Shown one piece after another: positions 57,558 to 64,000 of a DNA stretch of 64,000 bases (its first letter is position 1; each line of letters begins with the position of its first letter). A program made the translations under genes and the position numbers. Below the pieces are notes generated by a model. The model was not told the origin of the DNA and made no database searches. It was given only the letters and a program-made list of their open reading frames with translations. The DNA comes from an uncultured Ruficoccus sp. Its GTDB lineage: Bacteria > Verrucomicrobiota > Verrucomicrobiia > Opitutales > Cerasicoccaceae. The stretch lies in assembly GCA_965140785.1 (NCBI GenBank), contig OZ223518.1:64001-128000 (forward strand). Reading direction: 5' to 3'.

Positions 57558-58238
57558 ATGCGAAAACTCATCTGGCCCCTGATTATTCTGGTTGTGGCGG
57601 CGTGGCTGGCCTACGGCTACACCTCCAAGGGCGGTGCCTGCTGGACCTTGAGCTGTCCGTTGAGCACAGACTCGAAGGCCGCCCCGGCGGCTGCTGCCCC
57701 TGTTTCCCCGGACGTGCAAGCTGCCCGCGCCAGCAAGGCCACGGCGGCTCCCGCGACCTCTTCATCTTCAACTGAAATTTCGACCATGAGCGACAAATCC
57801 ACTTTACGCGAGAAACTGACCCCCACTCAATACGCCGTGGCCTGCGAGGGCGGCACCGAGCCGCCGTTCCGCAATGCCTATTGGGATAACCACGAACCAG
57901 GCCTCTATGTCGATGTGATCTCGGGCAAGCCGCTGTTCGCCTCGACCGCGAAGTTCGACTCGGGGACGGGCTGGCCGAGCTTCACCGAGCCGGTGGACGA
58001 GGCCGAGGTCGTCGAGGTGCGTGACACCTCGCACGGCATGGTCCGCACCGAGGTCCGCTCGAAGAGCGGCGACGCGCACTTGGGGCACGTTTTCCCGGAT
58101 GGACCGGGCGAGAGCGGCCTGCGCTACTGCATCAACAGTGCCTCCCTGCGCTTCATCCCGGTGGCCGATCTGGAAAAGGAAGGCTACGGCGAGTACCGGA
58201 AGCTTTTTGAAGGGCAGAGTCAGCCGGACGCGGAGTAG
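57558..58238 (+). CDS. msrB: Peptide methionine sulfoxide reductase MsrB with N-terminal signal/TM extension
   Basis: [33 protein letters not shown]. Confidence 0.93.
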   Translation: MRKLIWPLIILVVAAWLAYGYTSKGGACWTLSCPLSTDSKAAPAAAAPVSPDVQAARASKATAAPATSSSSTEISTMSDKSTLREKLTPTQYAVACEGGTEPPFRNAYWDNHEPGLYVDVISGKPLFASTAKFDSGTGWPSFTEPVDEAEVVEVRDTSHGMVRTEVRSKSGDAHLGHVFPDGPGESGLRYCINSASLRFIPVADLEKEGYGEYRKLFEGQSQPDAE

Positions 58239-58431
58239 GGGAGTTGACTGCTCGCGATTGGGGCACGTTTTGTGACGGTTGGGTCACGTCCATGTGTCAG
58301 GCATAACAAATTGGCACTCAATCCGTTCTTGAGAGTGGGAACTTTTTTGAAGTGATATTTACTTAGTGAAAAGAGGGACGATAAAAAGTCCTCCCAACTT
58401 CCAGTCTCCTGTTAGTTAGGTTACCACTGTG

Positions 58432-58463
58432 ACCGCCGGGTGTAAGCAGCCCGGCGGTTTTTG
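58432..58463 (+). terminator. Terminator-like hairpin
   Basis: accgccggg tgtaagcag cccggcggt tttt. Confidence 0.65.
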
Positions 58464-58540
58464 TTTGATTGACGGTGTTTGTGTGCTGAAGGATGCCGTC
58501 TGCCGGATAAAGGCCGCCACCACGTCCACTTTCTTTATTT

Positions 58541-61113
58541 ATGAACCACTCCGCCCGCACGCTTTCCTCCGATCAGGCGCTTCTGAACGATCTGTTTCAC
58601 GAACCGGTGCACCGGCGTACGTTGTCCAACGGCTTGACCGTGGTCTCGCGGGAGGACTTCTCGGCAGAGCTGGTCTCGGTGCAGCTCTGGGTCAAGACCG
58701 GGAGCATCCACGAGGGCGACTGGACCGGGGCGGGGCTTTCGCACTTTCTGGAGCATATGCTGTTCAAGGGCACGCCGACGCGCGGGCCGCTGGATATCAG
58801 CCGTGAGGTGCACGCGCTCGGTGGCGGGATCAACGCCTACACCTCCTACGACCGCACCGTTTACTACATCGACGCGCCCTCCGAGCAGGCCGAACCGGCC
58901 CTGGACATCCTGGCCGACATGGGGCTGCGCGCCATCATCCCCGAGGCGGAGTTTACCTCCGAGCGCGACGTCATCCTGCGCGAGATCGACATGGGCCTCG
59001 ACGATCCCGACCGCGAGCTTTTTCACGCCTTTTCCCGCACCGCCTTCCGGCAGCACCCGTACCGCTTTCCGGTCATCGGGCTGCGTCCGCTCTTCGAGCA
59101 GACCACCCGGGAGGACCTTTACCGCTATTACAAGAGCCGCTACCAGCCCGGCAACATGGTGCTGGTGGTGGTCGGCGCGCTCGAAACCGCCCAGGTGGAC
59201 GCGCTGGTGGACAAATACTTCGGACAGGCACTGCCGGGTCTGAGTCCGACTCCCCTGGTGGCCGCCGAGCCGCCCCAGCTCGCCCTGCGCACCGAACGCC
59301 TCACTGGCGACTACAACATCGTGCGCGGGATGGCCGGCTATAAGATCCCCGGCCTGGCCGATCCGGTCGCCCCGGCGCTGGACATGCTGGCCTTTCTCAT
59401 GGGTAACGGCAAAAGCTCGCTCCTGTGGCAGAAGCTGCGGGAACAGAAGCGCCTCGTGCAGCACATTGACGCCAGCTGCTGGAATCCCGGGGGGCAAGGG
59501 CTGCTGTGGATTTCGCACCTGTGCGAACCGGGACAGCGGGAGGCGGTGGAGGCCGAGATCCGGCGTGTGCTGGCCAAGGACCTGCCGAAAGTCATCACGG
59601 CGGAAAACCTGGCCAAGGCCGTGCGCCAGGCCCTTGTGGGTGAGGTGAACGGCCGCAAAACCATGTCCGGCCAGGCTTCGCGGCTGGGCGTCGCCGAGAC
59701 CGTGGTGGGCGAGCTGGACTACCCGCGCCTGTACTTCACGCGCCTGTCGGCGCTGCGCCCGGATGACCTGCAGGCAGCGGCCCGGCGTTTCCTGGTCGAG
59801 TCGGGCCTGACCGAAGTCACCCTGGAGCCCAAGGCCGTTGCTGAAGGCACGGGTAAGAAAAGCGTCTCCGTGCGGCAACTGCCGGACTTTTCCGAGACGG
59901 CGCTGCCCAACGGTGCGCGCCTGCTGGTCCAGGCCGACCCGAGTTTTCCCAAGGTTCACCTGCGCCTGGCCCTGCTGGGCGGGCCGGGGCTGGACCCGGC
60001 AGCGGCTCCCGGCGCTTGCGGCGTGCTGGCCTCGCTGTTGACCCGTGACACCGAACGCCGCAGCGCGGCAACCATCGCCGCCGAGGTGGATCGCGTGGGC
60101 GGCAGTTTTGGCGAATTTATCGGCAACAACACCTTCGGCCTCTCGGCGGAAGTGCTTCCGGCGGATTTCCCGCTGGCGGTCTCGTGGCTGGCCGACGCGC
60201 TGCTGGCTCTGCGCCCGACGGGCGGCTCCTTCGAGGTCGAGCGGGAGGGGCAGCTCTCTTCGCTGCTGGAGGATGAGGACGAAATCCTCGACTACGGGCG
60301 CCGTCGGTTGCGCCGCCGGTTTTTCGGGGAGCATCCCTTTGCCAACGATTACCTGGGCACCCGCGAGGGGCTGGAGAACCTGACGCTGGCCCAGGTCGAG
60401 GCGCAGCGCGAGCAACTCATTCGCGGCCCCAATGTCGTGCTGGCCGTTTCTGGCGCGGTGGACGAGGCCGAGGTCAAGGCTGTTCTGGAACCCATACTGG
60501 CGGAGCTCAGCGCCGAGCCAGCTCCCACGGTGGCCGACCTGCCGGAAGTCCCCGTCGAGAGCGGTGAATTCGTCGAGCACTTGCCCCGCGAGCAGGCGGT
60601 TGTGCTGGAGGCCTATCCCGACGCCGGGTGTGCGCCACGCGGACTTTCACACCGGTGAAGTGGTGGACGAACTGCTTAGCGGCATGTCGAGCCGGCTGTT
60701 TGAAACGGTCCGGGAAAAGGCCGGGCTGGCCTACTATGTCAGCGCCAGCCGCACGCCGGGCCTGGACGGCGGGCTGTTCAGCCTATACGCCGGGACGCAT
60801 CCCGGCGCGGTTGAGGCCGTGCTGGCCGAGTACGACAAGGAGATCACCCGCCTGCGCTCTGGCGGCGTGTCTGAAGAGGAACTGGCCGCCTGCCGTACCC
60901 GTCTGAAGGTGCAGAAGCGCCAAGGTCTGCAAACCATTGGCGCCCGCGCCATGCAGGCCGCTCTTAACGCCCTCTACGGCCAGCCGGTGAACAGTTGGCG
61001 CGATTACGCCGATCGGATCGACGCCGTCACGACCGAGGCGGTTTACCGTCTTTGCGCAGCGTTACTTCGACCCGTCCCGTCGCCTGCGTCTGGTGGTCAG
61101 GCCTGAGAAATAA
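58541..61113 (+). CDS. M16 (pitrilysin-family) zinc protease, apparent frameshifts near 60630 and 61045
   Basis: GLSHFLEHMLFKGT (HxxEH), NAYTS; continuation SSRLFETVREKAGLAYYV is in another frame. Confidence 0.9.
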
Positions 61114-61273
61114 GGGCGCTTACATGGGATATTTCACGGGCGGATTGTTATGGGCTTAAACTATTATTTTATAATAGAAATTTTCCACTTTTTTGCGTAA
61201 ACTGGGCTTTCCCGCTCGACCATTCAGGGGTAAAATGCCTAGCGTGTGACTCCGTAAAATACGGGGAGAAACG

Positions 61274-64000
61274 ATGTTGCGCGCAGCAGGCAAACAGGCG
61301 GTTCACCGGCAGGGACTGCCTGCCGCAGGCCGCGGTTTCGCCCTCGTCCTCGCTGTTGTTCTGATGGGGCTGGTCCTGCTCCTGACGGTGTCACTCTCTG
61401 CCTTGAGCCGGGTCGAACTGGCGGCGCTCTCCCCGCAGCGAAGCTCCCTCCTTGCTCGAGAAAATGCGACGTCTGGGGCTCATGCAGGCGATCGGCGAGC
61501 TTCAGCGGCAGGCTGGGCCCGACCGCCGGGTAACGGCGCGTGCCGAGATTCTTGGTAGCGGCGCGGCGGCGGAAAATCTTTTCTGGACTGGCGTCTGGGA
61601 CAGCACGCAGCCCGGCCAGGAACCGGTCTGGCTGGTTTCAGGTGCGGCTCCGAATCCGACGGCTGCGGCCCGCGACTCGGTCGTGCTGGTGCCGGGAAAT
61701 CCCTCCGTTGGTGCACCGCCGGTGCGAGTGGAAAAAGTCTACTTCGACCGGGGCGACGGCGCCCGTAACGCTTTCGCCTGGTGGGTGGGGGATGAGGGCG
61801 TGAAGGCCTCGCTCGCCGCCGGGCGCGAACGCCCCACCGGCCTGGACGAGTTGGAGGAAATCGCCCTGGCCAACCAGACGCCCGCCGGGCTCGACCTGAG
61901 CGGCCTGCTCACGAACGGGCGGGTTATGGATGCGGTGCTGGAGGCCGACCTGAAGAAGCTGGCCAGCCGCCAAGCCCTGCCGCTGCTCAGAAATGCCGAC
62001 GGCCCGGCGGTGACGAAGCAGCGCGCGCAGGCGGGCTTTCACGACTACACGCCGTGCGCCTATGCGGTACTGGAAAACCCGGCCACCGGCGGCCTCAAGC
62101 ACAACCTCTCGGACGACGGTTACCTCGACGGTTTCGTCAACGACGCGCTCCAGCAATTCCTCACCCCCGTCACCGACGAGCAGCCCCAGGCCGACCTCTC
62201 CGAGCAAGACCCCGAAGACGGCGAGCCCGTCCACGCCCTTTACCCCATCCCGACCGAGGTGGTGCTTGTATATGGGATTGTTTCACGCCTGGAGAGATGG
62301 GATCATCCGCATCCGTTATCATGTGGAGGTCGAGTTCTGGAATCCGTACTCAGTGCCGATTTATTTTTCCGGCGAATCCGATGAGGAAACCGGCCTGAAG
62401 AACCGTGCTATCGTGGTTTACTTCGAGAATATGCCGGAGATCGAAGTCGAGGATCGAAGCAGTGGCAGGCCGCCGGACCTGGAGGATGACTTGGATAATT
62501 TCATGTCCTACGAAAAGGGTGACAACCGCCGCTATCTCAACGGATGGATGGACATCAGCCCGCTGGAGCAGGAGCGTGGTGCGCCGGTGCTTATGCCCGG
62601 CGAGGTTTACCGTGTGCTTGCTCCGGACCCGCTTCAGCAGCCCCGTGGCGTGGCCCGGAATTTTTGTTTCCGCAAAGAGCCCATGCAGGGCAGTACAGAC
62701 GGCATCCGTTGGTCGGCCGGAGAGCCGCGTGATGCCCGCCCGGACTACAATGACCGCATCAGGGTCAAAGTGAAGCATCCACGCAAAGGGGTGAAGATAG
62801 GCTTTGTGGCTTTTTCGGGTTCGCAAACCGACTATCGGGAGGAGGAACCCTTTTTTGAAATCCGTAATCTTGACTACGATAATTTTGATTACGAGCAGGT
62901 CTTTCGCAGTAAGCACAGGCCGCGGGTGGACTCCTACCAGCAGGCTGAGTTCGAGCAGACGCTGGAGGACGGTATCCTGCCTTTTTCCAATCCCTATTGG
63001 AATATGGATTACTATAACATCGGCCTCTACACCATCGCCTACCACTACAAGCTGACGGGGGATGCGGAGGAGCTGGCCGAGTTGCTGGGGTCGCTCGATC
63101 CGCGTAATCCGGTGCTCGATGCCGACGAGAGTTTTACGGATAAGGCGGGCGAAAAGCACAAGGTGGCCGATTACCTGGAGGTGAAGAATTTTCATCGGAC
63201 CGATCCGGAGGAGGACTTGGACGCGTTCGACCCGGACGATCTTTTTCACGATCCGGAGGGGCGTATTCATGTGGGCGAGAAGGGGCCTCCGCGGCAAGTG
63301 GTTATGTTTGACCTGCCGCTGAGCGAGCCGGTCTCGGTCGGGGTCTTGCGCTTCGCGCAGATCTCCGGCCTGTCGGCGCTGGCTATTGGCAATCCGCAGG
63401 GCGGGAGTTTTAACGGTGTTTTCGATCACTACTTCATGAGCCCACTGGCCGCCGCCTCGACCGGCTCGGCCCGCCGTCTGCTCAACCCCTGGGTGGAACC
63501 GCTTGACCGTCGGCAGTGGCAGCGCGAACTGGCCACCACCGGGACACCCCGGCAGGACGATGCCGCCCGCCTGAGCCAGGTCGGCGCGTTCAACCTCAAC
63601 TCGACCTCGGTCGAGGCCTGGCAGGCGGTGCTGGGGGCTTCACGCTTCACCCCCGCCGCGCCTGCCGAGGGCGCGTGGAATCTGGCCGGGGACTCGAGCT
63701 CGACGCCGCCGGTGTTTTAACCGGCTACCCTTTTACGGGGCCTGGATCGACAAGCCGGTTGGCGGGCGGGAGGATGCCTTTAACATCGAAAAAGCCTACA
63801 ATCGCGCCGGGCGGTCGCTCTCGGCGGAGGCGGGCGAGGCGCAGTTGTATTACCTCAGCCAGGGGCTGGTGGAAAAAATCAAACAGCACGGCCCTTTCAA
63901 GACGGTGGCGGACTTCGCTAACGCGGGTATCCTCCAGCAAGCGATCGACGAGGTCGGCGTGACGCGCGGGGTTAGCCTGCCTCCGATCAACGCCGACGTG
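61274..64000 (+). CDS. Large PilX-like / Verrucomicrobia pilus-cassette protein, several frameshifts, runs off the window
   Basis: RGFALVLAVVLM, AIGELQRQAGPDRRVTA, WTGVW, WWVGDEGVKA and GAFNLNSTSVEAW occur across frames. Confidence 0.7.

Noticed and set aside
58311..58330. Sigma-54 promoter at TTGGCAC
   Set aside because: No GC at the -12 position.
863..63429. Many long antisense ORFs in the track (e.g. 10082-11251, 27760-29247, 58535-60580)
   Set aside because: They are shadow ORFs opposite well-supported genes in high-GC DNA and have no recognisable motifs.

Overview
GC-rich bacterial chromosome segment, most likely Verrucomicrobiota (Opitutia-like), inferred from a PEP-CTERM protein, an H-X9-DG prepilin-like protein, and Minf_1886-type, DUF5069-like and DUF2851-like genes. 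It is mostly housekeeping: fur-sufC, queF and queC-queD, ahpC-trxB, tatD, DUF1800-DUF1501, tsaB-alr, kinase-rpoN, erpA, ubiE, agcS, a ClpX paralogue, HU, arsR-arsP, both sulfatase maturases (anSME and FGE), gatC-gatA-gatB, a BCCT transporter, rpmI-rplT-pheS-pheT, msrB, an M16 peptidase and a pilus-assembly-like gene. gatA, gatB, the M16 peptidase and the last gene carry multiple indels, probably sequencing errors. I found no rRNA, tRNA, CRISPR array or transposase. The main unexplained structure is non-coding. (1) At about ten gene junctions there are short-period (7-10 nt) tandem repeat arms, often as inverted pairs; one pair brackets a four-helix-bundle (IVP/Avd-like) gene, others are empty or solo. 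(2) A three-hairpin GTAG REP-like element with compensatory changes sits at gene stop codons and is amplified to 6 x 44 bp at ubiE. (3) There are two MITE-like elements. (4) Fur-type boxes lie at fur-sufC and at a divergent PEP-CTERM/prepilin pair. (5) Three small ORFs were missed by the ORF track. All product calls come from recognising motifs by eye; no database search was run.
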